From positions 28,500-92,499 of the forward strand of contig JABHRS010000037.1 in assembly GCA_018670085.1 (NCBI GenBank): 64,000 nt of DNA. Reading direction: 5' to 3'. The position numbers and the translations under genes were made by a program. The notes under the pieces are model-generated. The model saw nothing but the letters and a program-made list of their open reading frames with translations, was not told the DNA's origin and made no database searches. Shown in pieces: positions 1-9,869 of the stretch (the stretch's first letter is position 1; each line of letters opens with the position of its first letter). This DNA comes from an archaeon (lineage in GTDB: Archaea > Nanobdellota > Nanobdellia > Woesearchaeales > GW2011-AR9).

Positions 1-161
1 TTGTGGCAAAGTCAGTCCAGACACAGTTTTATATCTCATGACAGCTGAGATTTTAAGACTAATTATAAAGGTTTATGTTGTAAATTAGCTATTAAGAATT
101 ATTGCCTCAACACAAACCAAATCGACAGATTAATATACGCATTTTCCTTCATTAATAATGG

Positions 162-2579
162 ATGGCAACTAAGTTCAAAAAAGCGCAAGCAATAGACTAC
201 ATTAAAAAATATGTCAGAGCTGCAGACTATTTAACAGCAACCCAAATATATCTTCAAGACAACTATCTTCTCAAAAAGAGACTACAACATACCGATATCA
301 AGCCAAGGCTCCTTGGCCATTGGGGAACAAGTCCAGGAATAAACTTTGTCTATGCTAACCTCCAACGATTGATCACAGAAACAAATCAAAGTATGTTATT
401 CGTTTTAGGTCCAGGTCATGGGTTTCCAGCACTGCAAGCTAATCTTTTTATGGAAGGAAGCCTGCAAAAATTTTACAAACAAGCTACGCATTCAAAAAAA
501 GGGATAGAACACATTTCAAAAAATTTTTCCTGGCCATACGGTTTTCCAAGTCACAGTAACCCAGGGGCTCCTGGAGTAATTCTAGAAGGTGGTGAACTTG
601 GATACGCCTTAGCAACCAGTTTTGGAGCAGTTCTAAATAATCCAGACTTAATTGTTACCTGTTTAGTAGGTGATGGAGAAGCAGAAACTGGTCCAACAGC
701 AACTGCTTGGCATTGCAATAAATTTATTGATCCGAAAACAAATGGTGCCGTTCTTCCAATTATCCATTTAAATGGATACAAAATTTCAGGTCCTACAATT
801 TATGGTCGAATGTCTAATCAAGAGTTAACAATGCTCTTCAAAGGTTACGGTTATCATCCAATTATAGTGGATGAAAAAACTGATGACAAAATGTTTAGCA
901 GTATGTACGAAGCTACAAATTTGGCTCATAAAATGATTAAAAAAATTCAAACAGTAGCCAGGAAAAAAAATGCTAAAGCAACAATAAAACCAAAGTTCCC
1001 AATGATTATTCTAAGATCCAAAAAGGGATGGACTGGGATTAAAGAATTACATCATAAAAAGATGGAAGGAAATTGTTTAGCACATCAAGTAGTTGGAAAA
1101 AAAGCTAAAAAGGATGATTATGAATTAGAAAAGATAGAAAACTGGTTTAAATCCTACGAATTCAACAAGTTATTCTCTGAAAAAAAAGGATTTTGTAAAG
1201 AGATTAGATCAATTATTCCAAAACAGAATTATTGTATGGGATTAAACAAACATGCTTTTGCTGGAAGAATAAAAAAGAAACTTAAACTTCCAAACATCAA
1301 AAAACTATCTGAAGACTCCAGAATACCTGGAACCATTGGATCAAGTAGTATGAGAAGGGCAGGTGTTTACTTAGAACAACTATCAAAATTAAACCCTACA
1401 AATTTCCGTCTTTTCTCTCCAGATGAAACTTATTCAAACAAACTTGATGCCATTTTTAATTCAACAACAAGAGCTTTTACTTGGCCAAAAAAGTCTTGGG
1501 ATACAGACTTTGCAAGTTCAGGACAAGTAATTGAAATGCTCAGCGAACATACACTTCAAGGTTTAACTCAAGGTTATGTGCTAACCGGACGCCATGCAAT
1601 TTTCGCATCATACGAGGCTTTCGTTGAGATTATTAGCAGTATGGCAGATCAATATGAAAAGTTCATTAGAGTTTCAAGAAAAATACCTTGGCGACGTGGG
1701 GCTCCATCAATTAATTACATCTTAACATCTTCTGGTTGGCGTCAAGAACATAATGGATTTTCTCATCAAAACCCGAAATTTATTAGTGGAATGCTCGAAA
1801 AACCAGGCTGCATTGCAAATGTCTATTTCCCACCAGATGGATCATCTACCTTAGCAGTCTTAGAAAAATGTATGAAAACTGAAGATAGTATCAATGTGAT
1901 TGTTGCTGGAAAAACTGTTGAAGCCAGATGGCTCACAATAGAAAAAGCAAAACAAGAATTAGAAGAAGGATTTATGATTTGGGATTTCATTAGTGATAAA
2001 AATCCAGACATCGTTTTCGCAGCTGTTGGTGATTACCTCACTAAAGAGGCAATTGCGGGAATTGAATGTTTAAAACAAACATTTCCAAAAATAAAAGTTA
2101 GGTTTGTAAATATCATGGAATTAACTTCAATTGGAATTGGCAATAGTGTTGGACATCACCACAAATTGAGTAAATCTGAGCAAGAAAAAGAAAACAACAA
2201 AAAAATTAATCATGTCCAAAAAGCTTTCACCAAAAACAAATCTGTAATTTTCAATTACCATGGTTACCCACATGATGTTAACTCACTTTTAATTCATTAT
2301 GATAATCCAAAAAGGTTCCATGTACATGGCTACACTGAAAATGGTTCTACTACAACCCCATTTGATATGCATGTGAGAAATCAAACTAGTAGATGGCACT
2401 TATGTATTGAAGCAATTGATATACTTGCAAAGGAAGGAAAAATTCCAAAAAAACAAGCTGCTACTGAAATCAAAAAATTCCAAAAGAGATTAGCTGATCA
2501 CCATAACTACATCATCAAATACGGTGATGATCCAAAAGAAATTAAGTACTGGAAATATACTAATAACTCCCAATCCTAA
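162..2579 (+). CDS. xfp: phosphoketolase (xylulose-5-P/fructose-6-P)
   Basis: 805 aa; GHWGT, GPGHG, EGGELGY, TPP-binding GDGEAETG, SPDETxSN, RQEHNGFSHQ motifs. Confidence 0.97.
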   Translation: MATKFKKAQAIDYIKKYVRAADYLTATQIYLQDNYLLKKRLQHTDIKPRLLGHWGTSPGINFVYANLQRLITETNQSMLFVLGPGHGFPALQANLFMEGSLQKFYKQATHSKKGIEHISKNFSWPYGFPSHSNPGAPGVILEGGELGYALATSFGAVLNNPDLIVTCLVGDGEAETGPTATAWHCNKFIDPKTNGAVLPIIHLNGYKISGPTIYGRMSNQELTMLFKGYGYHPIIVDEKTDDKMFSSMYEATNLAHKMIKKIQTVARKKNAKATIKPKFPMIILRSKKGWTGIKELHHKKMEGNCLAHQVVGKKAKKDDYELEKIENWFKSYEFNKLFSEKKGFCKEIRSIIPKQNYCMGLNKHAFAGRIKKKLKLPNIKKLSEDSRIPGTIGSSSMRRAGVYLEQLSKLNPTNFRLFSPDETYSNKLDAIFNSTTRAFTWPKKSWDTDFASSGQVIEMLSEHTLQGLTQGYVLTGRHAIFASYEAFVEIISSMADQYEKFIRVSRKIPWRRGAPSINYILTSSGWRQEHNGFSHQNPKFISGMLEKPGCIANVYFPPDGSSTLAVLEKCMKTEDSINVIVAGKTVEARWLTIEKAKQELEEGFMIWDFISDKNPDIVFAAVGDYLTKEAIAGIECLKQTFPKIKVRFVNIMELTSIGIGNSVGHHHKLSKSEQEKENNKKINHVQKAFTKNKSVIFNYHGYPHDVNSLLIHYDNPKRFHVHGYTENGSTTTPFDMHVRNQTSRWHLCIEAIDILAKEGKIPKKQAATEIKKFQKRLADHHNYIIKYGDDPKEIKYWKYTNNSQS

Positions 2580-2672
2580 TAACTCTTAACCAAAAACAGA
2601 AAAATTAATTTTTAGTATATACCAAAAAATTAGTTCCAGACTAATTTGTTTATGTATATGAAAGTGAATAAA

Positions 2673-3797
2673 ATGCCAATTCCAAAAAACAAAAATTATA
2701 TCTTCATTGCTGTTAATATCGGCAGCACTAGCAAAAAATATTCTGTGTATTCAAATCAAGAAGAAATAACTTCAATTAATGTATCTGAGTTACAAAAAAC
2801 AAAAAATCACCAATCATTTTCTATCAATGAATTTCTAAAACAAACAATGTCGGTGAATGGATTCAATATTAATAAAAATATAAAATTGATTTTTGGAATT
2901 CGAATTGTAGCTCCTGGAACATTTTTCACTAAACATCAAATAATTAATCAACGCTTTCTTGATAAGTTAAAAAAAGCCGAACCATTAGATCCAATTCATA
3001 TTAGTTCAACAATTAAAGAAATAAATGAGATCAGAAAACATTTTCCAAATTCCAAGATAATTGCTGTTTCTGATTCCAAGATCCATACTAACAGACCAGA
3101 ATATGCAAAAAATTATCCATTAAATAAAAAATTAATCAAAAAATTTGACCTTTACAAATTTGGTTACCATGGCCTAGCTGCAGGTTCTGCAATATCTCAG
3201 TTAAAATCAAAAAAAATACTAAAAGCAAAAACAATCATCTGCCATTTAGGTGGTGGTACTAGTGTCACAGCTATCAAAAATGGAAAAAGTATTGAGACCA
3301 CAATGGGTTTTAGCCCTCTTGAGGGAATTATGGGTGTTACAAGATCAGGTAGTTTAGATCCCACAATTCTGGATATATTATACAAAAATAAAAAAATAGA
3401 TTTATCAAAACTTTACCAATACTCCGGATTCCTTGGTCTCACAGGTTCAAGTGATTTGCTTAAGATCACTGAAAAATCAAAAAATAGATCAAATGAAAAT
3501 GAAAAGTTAGCTATTGATCTTTATTGTTATCAAGTACAAAAAGCTGTAGGGTCCGCAATCTCACAGATTAAAGGAGTAGATTTAATTGTGTTTACAGGTG
3601 GAATTGGAACTGGATCAAGCCTAATTAGGAAAAAAATTTGTGCGCAATTTGACTATCTCAATTTAAAATTAGATCATAAAAAAAACAAATATCATCTACC
3701 TGGAATCATTAGTGATAGGTACAGTAAAGTCAAAGTTGCTTTGGTACATATTGATGAAATGCAAGAAATTCTAAAAGTCTGCCAAAATTTTATATAA
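2673..3797 (+). CDS. ackA: acetate/propionate kinase
   Basis: NIGSTSKK, PLDPIH, FGYHG, CHLGGGTS, TTMGFSPLEG, TRSG, VFTGGIG; ATG 2673 preferred over TTG 2646. Confidence 0.93.
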   Translation: MPIPKNKNYIFIAVNIGSTSKKYSVYSNQEEITSINVSELQKTKNHQSFSINEFLKQTMSVNGFNINKNIKLIFGIRIVAPGTFFTKHQIINQRFLDKLKKAEPLDPIHISSTIKEINEIRKHFPNSKIIAVSDSKIHTNRPEYAKNYPLNKKLIKKFDLYKFGYHGLAAGSAISQLKSKKILKAKTIICHLGGGTSVTAIKNGKSIETTMGFSPLEGIMGVTRSGSLDPTILDILYKNKKIDLSKLYQYSGFLGLTGSSDLLKITEKSKNRSNENEKLAIDLYCYQVQKAVGSAISQIKGVDLIVFTGGIGTGSSLIRKKICAQFDYLNLKLDHKKNKYHLPGIISDRYSKVKVALVHIDEMQEILKVCQNFI

Positions 3798-3818
3798 ATT
3801 CTACAAAATTAGCAGTTC

Positions 3819-5339
3819 ATGAATAAATCAAGACACTGGCCGCAAGAGTGGAACACAGATCCAAAGGTTCTACTAGTCAATGCTGGAAACGATGAAGGGA
3901 TGTCCAAAATTGCCAACGATGGATGTTTTCCGGCCCTTGGTGTATTAGCTCTTGGTACGTATATTCAAAAAAATATTCCAGAAATTGAAGTTCTCTGCCG
4001 AGATGGACAGGTTGTTTCAAATAAAAAAATAATGAATTTATATGATTCTGAAAATATCACTTTTTTAGGAATCAGCGTTCTTAGTACCTCATATCAAAAT
4101 GCCTTAGACCTTGCATACCAATCTGCTTGCTATGGTATTCCTGCAGTTTTTGGAAACGACCACGCAGCTCAAACTGCAGAAGCCCTTCTGAATGCTCACC
4201 CATATATTGGAGCTGTAGTAGGAAGTGAGTATGGTGAAGAGGCACTTGAAATGTTAGTTCGTGACAGTATCGGAGAAATCATAGATTTAGATTCAATTCC
4301 TCATCTTACGAGTACTTCCAATCAATTAATTAAGGGAAATCCTCGTATCTTTGATATCAAGAAAAAGCTTTCTGAACTATCGATCATCAATAGCAAACTC
4401 AACAATACTGGTAGCAGAACAACTGCACTGGATATCTTTCCAATTGTCGACCGAAGCCTTTACCCGGAAGACCACTGGGCAACTTACCTTAAACGTTACA
4501 AAGAAAAGTTTGGACATCTCCATAATGATGAAATTACTGGTGTAACTACCATGAATCGTGCTCGTGGATGTTCTCGTCAAGGACATTTAATCTGCAAACA
4601 CTGCGATATGGGTTTAGACATTGCATTTTCATCACCTGAAAAGTTTTGGGAAGAAGTAAAAACTGCACACAAACAAATTGCTGCTAATGTGTTTTATGAA
4701 GTTTGTGATAGCTTTTCAAGTTTTGGCAGATTCGTAAAATCAGTCGCCGACACTAAACCAAAAGATTTAGGTTTTGATCCTCACTTTTTTGTTTATGGGC
4801 AAGCAATTGATTTAGTTAGACGTCCAAAAATGGTTGAATATTTCAAAAAAATTGGAGTTTTTCGAGTAAACATTGGGCTTGAAGCAGGTTCCAACACCAC
4901 ATTACAACATATGAAAGGCAAATTCGATTCAGTTGCTATCAACTATACTGCATTAAAAAAATTAAAGGCAGCTGGTATTCATGCTTATGGTTCATTTGTT
5001 CTTGGAACTGAAGCCGAAACTCCTGAAACCCTCACTCAAACAGTTAATTTTGTTAAAAAAATAGTCACTGAAGGATTACTTCAAGATTTAGAAGTGCAAC
5101 CAATATTGCCTTTACCAAATAATTATTACGGAAGAGATCTTGTAATAAAAGGGATCATTTCAAGAAGAGAAGATTGGCCAAAAGATCTTGGAAGCATCTC
5201 TAGATTATACATTGACCAATGCTCCGGAATTTCTTATAATCAAGCAATCGAAGCTGCAGTAGAACTTCGTGAATTTGCAGCGATGTATGGGATTAATTTT
5301 GGCAGTGGAGTTTCAAATGAATCAACATACCAAAGTTAA
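3819..5339 (+). CDS. B12-binding radical SAM protein
   Basis: N-terminal PALGVLALGTY/GISVLS cobalamin-binding-type domain; RGC-x7-CxxC cluster motif; IGLEAGS. Confidence 0.85.
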   Translation: MNKSRHWPQEWNTDPKVLLVNAGNDEGMSKIANDGCFPALGVLALGTYIQKNIPEIEVLCRDGQVVSNKKIMNLYDSENITFLGISVLSTSYQNALDLAYQSACYGIPAVFGNDHAAQTAEALLNAHPYIGAVVGSEYGEEALEMLVRDSIGEIIDLDSIPHLTSTSNQLIKGNPRIFDIKKKLSELSIINSKLNNTGSRTTALDIFPIVDRSLYPEDHWATYLKRYKEKFGHLHNDEITGVTTMNRARGCSRQGHLICKHCDMGLDIAFSSPEKFWEEVKTAHKQIAANVFYEVCDSFSSFGRFVKSVADTKPKDLGFDPHFFVYGQAIDLVRRPKMVEYFKKIGVFRVNIGLEAGSNTTLQHMKGKFDSVAINYTALKKLKAAGIHAYGSFVLGTEAETPETLTQTVNFVKKIVTEGLLQDLEVQPILPLPNNYYGRDLVIKGIISRREDWPKDLGSISRLYIDQCSGISYNQAIEAAVELREFAAMYGINFGSGVSNESTYQS

Positions 5340-5394
5340 TCAGACAAGATGCCAACACAATATCTTTTTATACAATAGATAATACTATCAATAA

Positions 5395-6000
5395 ATGTCT
5401 AACAAAAAAATAAATTATGATTTCAATTTGATCAACAAAGCTTTCAATATCGCATCCGAGAAACATCAAAATCAAACACGCAAAGGCAGCGATATTCCAT
5501 ACCTAATTCATTTAATGGATGTAGCATCAATTCTATTCCAGTTTAAAGCATCAACTGATCAAGTTTGTGCAGGATTTCTACATGACACAATTGAAGATAC
5601 CCCATACACACTTGAAGAGTTAAAAGAAGATTTTAACCAACAGGTTCATGATTTTGTTAAATTTAGTACAGAAAATATGGAAGAAAAAGGTCCAGATCAT
5701 TCAAATGAATCTTGGGAAAAAAGAAAAATTGAAGTTATTGAAAAATCCAAATTAGCATCCAATGACGAACTGTTAGTTATGTTTGCAGACAAGCTTGCTA
5801 ACATCAGAAGTTTTGTTCAAGATTACAAGGAACTAGGGGAAAAACTTTGGGAAAAATTTAACGGAAACAAAGAAAAACAAAAATGGTTTTATTCATCATT
5901 ATATCAAATATTTAAAGATAAATTTGGTCAAAATCAGGAAGTCAAATTATTCTTAGTAGAATTTGATGAACATGTAGCATCCTTGTGGCCAAAAAGCTAA
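5395..6000 (+). CDS. HD domain protein (SpoT/Mesh1-like hydrolase)
   Basis: HxxQxRK, PYLIH, GFLHDTIEDT, ADKLANIR. Confidence 0.9.
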   Translation: MSNKKINYDFNLINKAFNIASEKHQNQTRKGSDIPYLIHLMDVASILFQFKASTDQVCAGFLHDTIEDTPYTLEELKEDFNQQVHDFVKFSTENMEEKGPDHSNESWEKRKIEVIEKSKLASNDELLVMFADKLANIRSFVQDYKELGEKLWEKFNGNKEKQKWFYSSLYQIFKDKFGQNQEVKLFLVEFDEHVASLWPKS

Positions 6001-6001
6001 T

Positions 6002-7489
6002 TTATGAATGATACAAATGCTGTATTCCAAGTTTGGACGCATTCTTAACACCAAGTGCACTAAGTAATTCCTTAAACTCATAATTACTATTTTTCACATA
6101 GTTGTAAACCCTTTCTGACTTCGCTTCCACATCAAGTCCTCGTTGCAATACAGGGTCGTGAGTTGTAATACCAGCTGGACAAGTTCCTTTGTTACATTGC
6201 AAAGCTTGAATACACCCAAGAGACAACAAAAATCCACGAGCAGTATAAATTGCATCAGCGCCAGTTGCTAGGGCAGCTATTTGTTTTCCAGGATTGATTA
6301 ATTTCCCTGAAGCTACAACTTTTAATTTATTACGAACTTTTTCTTTTTCAAGCACATTACATACTTGTTTAAGTGATGCAAATAGTGGAACCCCTACATT
6401 ATCCATAAAACTCTTTGGTGCAGCTCCAGTAGCTCCTTCCGCTCCATCAACTGCGATATAATCTGGAAATACTTTTTGCTTTTTCATCTCTTTAATTAAA
6501 ACTGAGAATTCTTTAATATCACCTAAACAGAATTTAATTCCAACAGGTAACTCAGATAAATCCTGAATTTTTTTAATGAATTTCACGGTGTTTTTTGGAT
6601 TATCACATTCCATATGCCTTGATGGTGAAACAACGTCTTTATCCATCCCTACATGTCTGATTTTTGCAATCTCTTCAGTAATTTTCTCTTTAGGTAAAAG
6701 TCCACCTTTCCCAGGTTTTGCTCCTTGTGAAAATTTAATCTCAACCATTTTTACTTGATGAGTTTGGGCAATCTTTTGAAATTTTTCTTCATTTAATGTA
6801 CCATCATTATTTCGGCAACCAAATTTAGCGGTTCCCATTTGATAGATCACATCAGCTCCACCAGACAAATGATAAGTAGATAATCCACCTTCACCAGTAT
6901 TAATTGGAATTCCTGCTTTGTGCGCTCCAAGTGAAAGTGCCATAACAGCGTTTGCACCCAAGGATCCAAAACTCATTGCACTAATCATTATTGCTTTGTT
7001 AATTGTAAATTGGCTTTTTAATTTACGTTCATCTCCAAAAGTTAATGAAAATTCTTCAACATCCTTTTTTGAAAGTGGGAACATTGAATGGCGAAGCATG
7101 GTAGCTCCTTTATCGATATCAAGTTGAGTTCCAAAACTTTCAGTAGAATCGATATTTTTTGATTTACGGTAAACATCCGCACGTTCAGTTCTGTTAAATG
7201 GCCGCTCTTCTGTATCACTGAGGTAAAAATATTGCCTCATTTCAGGACCAATACTCTCCATAAAATACCTTACTGTTGCTAAAATTCCAAAGTTTCTGAG
7301 TAAAGCATGTTTTGTTTGAATATTTTTTAGATAAAAATTAAATCCAGACAAAATCCCAAAGATTACAAATAGTACTATGTATCCTGGATGCAGATAAATT
7401 CCTAGGAATAATGTGATGATTGTAATTAAGTAAAGAAATTTTGCTCCCCATTGTGCTGTTTCTTGTAAGTCAATTGCCAGGCGTACCAT
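6002..7489 (-). CDS. FMN-binding glutamate synthase family protein
   Basis: SAMSFGSL, NTGEGG, EIKFSQGAKPGKGG, DGAEGATGAAP, GCIQALQCNKGTCPAG; N-terminal TM segments. Confidence 0.93.
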   Translation of the reverse strand: MVRLAIDLQETAQWGAKFLYLITIITLFLGIYLHPGYIVLFVIFGILSGFNFYLKNIQTKHALLRNFGILATVRYFMESIGPEMRQYFYLSDTEERPFNRTERADVYRKSKNIDSTESFGTQLDIDKGATMLRHSMFPLSKKDVEEFSLTFGDERKLKSQFTINKAIMISAMSFGSLGANAVMALSLGAHKAGIPINTGEGGLSTYHLSGGADVIYQMGTAKFGCRNNDGTLNEEKFQKIAQTHQVKMVEIKFSQGAKPGKGGLLPKEKITEEIAKIRHVGMDKDVVSPSRHMECDNPKNTVKFIKKIQDLSELPVGIKFCLGDIKEFSVLIKEMKKQKVFPDYIAVDGAEGATGAAPKSFMDNVGVPLFASLKQVCNVLEKEKVRNKLKVVASGKLINPGKQIAALATGADAIYTARGFLLSLGCIQALQCNKGTCPAGITTHDPVLQRGLDVEAKSERVYNYVKNSNYEFKELLSALGVKNASKLGIQHLYHS

Positions 7490-7586
7490 TTAATGTTTAG
7501 AATATGTTTGTAGTATAAAAAGTAGTCTGTTGTGAGGATAAGATAAAAGAGATTAAAAATAGTCAAAAAAAGAAAAAAAGAAAAAA

Positions 7587-8762
7587 TTACCTTCGAAACA
7601 TCCTAGTTCTGCCAATTTGTTTAGCACCTTTACGTGCAGACTGTTTCTTAAACCCAAGTTGCAATGCCCTAAACACTGATCGAATAGCAGCATCAAGTTT
7701 CCACTCATTGCTATCTGCCATCAATATTCCATGGCTACCTTCAACTTTTAATTTCACATCATATTGATGTGCAGCCCCAGTTCTTTTTCCAACTTTAAGA
7801 TGCATTGAAAAATTTAATTCCTCACCAACTTTTCTTTGTAATTTCAAAGCTTCACTTCGAATTAGTGCCAAAAATCTAGCTTCTTGCAGATCATGTAAAT
7901 CTAACTTTTTTAATCCACGGATATTAAGTTGCAATGGTGCTTGAATCTCTTGATGTATAAATGCACCTAGAATAGTTTTCAAAGTAACCAAACCATATAC
8001 TTTACCATTTTCTTGAACTATCAAATCCCGGATATTTCGTTTATGCATAACCGCCATTGCATCTAGCAGACTATTTCCTCTTGTGATTGTAAGCAATTGT
8101 CCATGGCTCATAAAAGAATCCACAGGTAAATTCAATGGAGAATTTCTATCAACAACCGCACTTGGACTACCAATTCCACCAGCAGCTTTTCCAGGGTTCG
8201 ATACTCTTTGGTTTTGCTGCATAGCAACTTTCATTACATCACGAATTGAGAGTAATCCATCTAATTCCCTATTTGTAAAAACTAATACATGGTCAACTTT
8301 TTCCTTAATCATTATTGAAAGTGCTTTTCCAACAGAGTCTACACTTTTCATTGGGCTTGGTTTTATTAAATCCAAAGATCCAACAATTTGTTTAGCAGCA
8401 TCAAGTTCTAATGAAAGTTCTTGTAAAACATCAATTAATTGAACAAGACCAACTAACTTACCTTTATTTTCAACAGGTAAAGTTTGGACTCCAGTTGAGT
8501 GCATCAATTTTGCACAGTGCATTAAATCTAAATCTTCAAGAATGATCGGAGTTTTAATTACCACATTATGTGCTTTACTTGTAGCATCGTATTTACGACC
8601 AAGTAATTTTCGTCGACTAACAATTCCAATGAAGCTGCCTTTTTCGTTTAGTACAACTGCACTGCGTTTTTTATGTTTAATTAATGAGCCTACCACCTTT
8701 GATAGTTCATCGTTATTGTTAAAGGAAAGAAAATTTGTATGCATAATATCTTTTGCTTTCAT
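7587..8762 (-). CDS. CBS-domain protein with C-terminal HPF/RaiA-like domain
   Basis: Four CBS repeats, then a basic beta-rich domain (LNFSMHLK..QYDVKLKV..ADSNEWKLDAAIRSVF). Confidence 0.75.
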   Translation of the reverse strand: MKAKDIMHTNFLSFNNNDELSKVVGSLIKHKKRSAVVLNEKGSFIGIVSRRKLLGRKYDATSKAHNVVIKTPIILEDLDLMHCAKLMHSTGVQTLPVENKGKLVGLVQLIDVLQELSLELDAAKQIVGSLDLIKPSPMKSVDSVGKALSIMIKEKVDHVLVFTNRELDGLLSIRDVMKVAMQQNQRVSNPGKAAGGIGSPSAVVDRNSPLNLPVDSFMSHGQLLTITRGNSLLDAMAVMHKRNIRDLIVQENGKVYGLVTLKTILGAFIHQEIQAPLQLNIRGLKKLDLHDLQEARFLALIRSEALKLQRKVGEELNFSMHLKVGKRTGAAHQYDVKLKVEGSHGILMADSNEWKLDAAIRSVFRALQLGFKKQSARKGAKQIGRTRMFRR

Positions 8763-8806
8763 AACCTGTGCCCCCGAGATATTTAGTGATTATAAAATCT
8801 CAAGTC

Positions 8807-8923
8807 TTAATATGAATTATTAATATTTAAATTTGATTGAACTGGAGCACAACTACTAAGCATCATCATTGCAACTAAAAGAACCATTCCTACAATCAAG
8901 ATCACATTTTTTCTTGTATTCAT
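8807..8923 (-). CDS. 38-aa lipoprotein-like peptide (not in ORF track)
   Basis: MNTRKNVILIVGMVLLVAMMMLSSCAPVQSNLNINNSY*; AGGTGA SD just upstream; basic N-terminus, hydrophobic core, LSSC lipobox. Confidence 0.6.
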   Translation of the reverse strand: MNTRKNVILIVGMVLLVAMMMLSSCAPVQSNLNINNSY

Positions 8924-9048
8924 TTTTTCACCTTTAATCTTTTTAATTAAGTAAAGGATTTAAGTTTAAAAGAGTTATGAGAAAATTGCCACAAACCCAA
9001 CAGAAATCCAACAATAGCTTTATAAATCACGATCAAATATCCAACATA

Positions 9049-9151
9049 TACAGAGATGTGGGTCATGGCGCACCTGAATCTGTAGAAAAATATCAAAAAA
9101 AACAACAAATATACAAGAATCATGAAACATCTTGTACTAACCGCAACGCGG
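9049..9151 (+). promoter_or_regulatory. structured 5' leader of rpl15e (candidate r-protein leader)
   Basis: Stems TACAGA/TCTGTA (9049-9084), TACAAGA/TCTTGTA (9112-9136), CCGC/GCGG (9141-9151), downstream of TTTATAAA at ~9019. Confidence 0.45.
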
Positions 9152-9164
9152 AGGCCGAAATAAA

Positions 9165-9740
9165 ATGGGAATGTACCAATATGTACGAAAACTTTGGAAG
9201 CAACCAAAGAAAAATTTAGCAGAACTTTACCGAGAGAGATTAATCGCTTGGAGACAACAACCTTCTACTATTAGAATTGAAAGACCAACAAGAATCGATC
9301 GTGCTCGTGCCCTTGGATATAAAGCAAAACAAGGATACGTTGTAGTACGTGAGAGAGTTATTCGTGGTGGACACAAACGTCCAATGCTTAAAGGTGGACG
9401 ACGTCCAAAGCGTTACACACAAAGATTAAACTTAAGAAAAAGTTACCAAGTTGTAATTGAAGAACGTGTTCAGAAAGCTTTCAAAAACTTAGTTGTATTA
9501 AGCAGTTATTGGGTAGCAGAAGACGGAAGACATTATTGGTATGAAGTTATCTTAGTTGATCCAGATCATCCAGTAATTAAAGCTGATAAAAACATTAATT
9601 GGACTAGTAAAAAAGCAAACCAATCCAGAGTTCACCATGGAAAAACTTCCGCAGGAAGAAAATCTCGTGGTATGGCAGGAAAAGGTAAAGGATTCGAAAA
9701 AGCAAGACCATCACGTCGTGCTCATCAGCGAAGACAATAA
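9165..9740 (+). CDS. rpl15e: 50S ribosomal protein eL15
   Basis: ERPTRIDRARALGYKAKQG, SYWVAEDG, WYEVILVDPDHP, TSAGRKSRG. Confidence 0.98.
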   Translation: MGMYQYVRKLWKQPKKNLAELYRERLIAWRQQPSTIRIERPTRIDRARALGYKAKQGYVVVRERVIRGGHKRPMLKGGRRPKRYTQRLNLRKSYQVVIEERVQKAFKNLVVLSSYWVAEDGRHYWYEVILVDPDHPVIKADKNINWTSKKANQSRVHHGKTSAGRKSRGMAGKGKGFEKARPSRRAHQRRQ

Positions 9741-9781
9741 ACTAGATCAGTTGAATCAATGGGACGTTTGTTCCTTGTTCA

Positions 9782-9802
9782 TTTTTTTTATTTTTATTTT
9801 TT
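9782..9802 (+). terminator. oligo-T archaeal terminator after rpl15e
   Basis: Long T-rich tract following the stop codon. Confidence 0.5.
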
Positions 9803-9869
9803 ATTAATTCTCAAATACTTCAAAAATTCTCAATAATCATTATATAGAAACAAACATATTAAACAATCT

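Noticed and set aside
8947..9219. ORFs 8947-9207(-) and 8977-9219(+)
   Set aside because: They overlap the rpl15e promoter, leader and start; no recognisable motifs.
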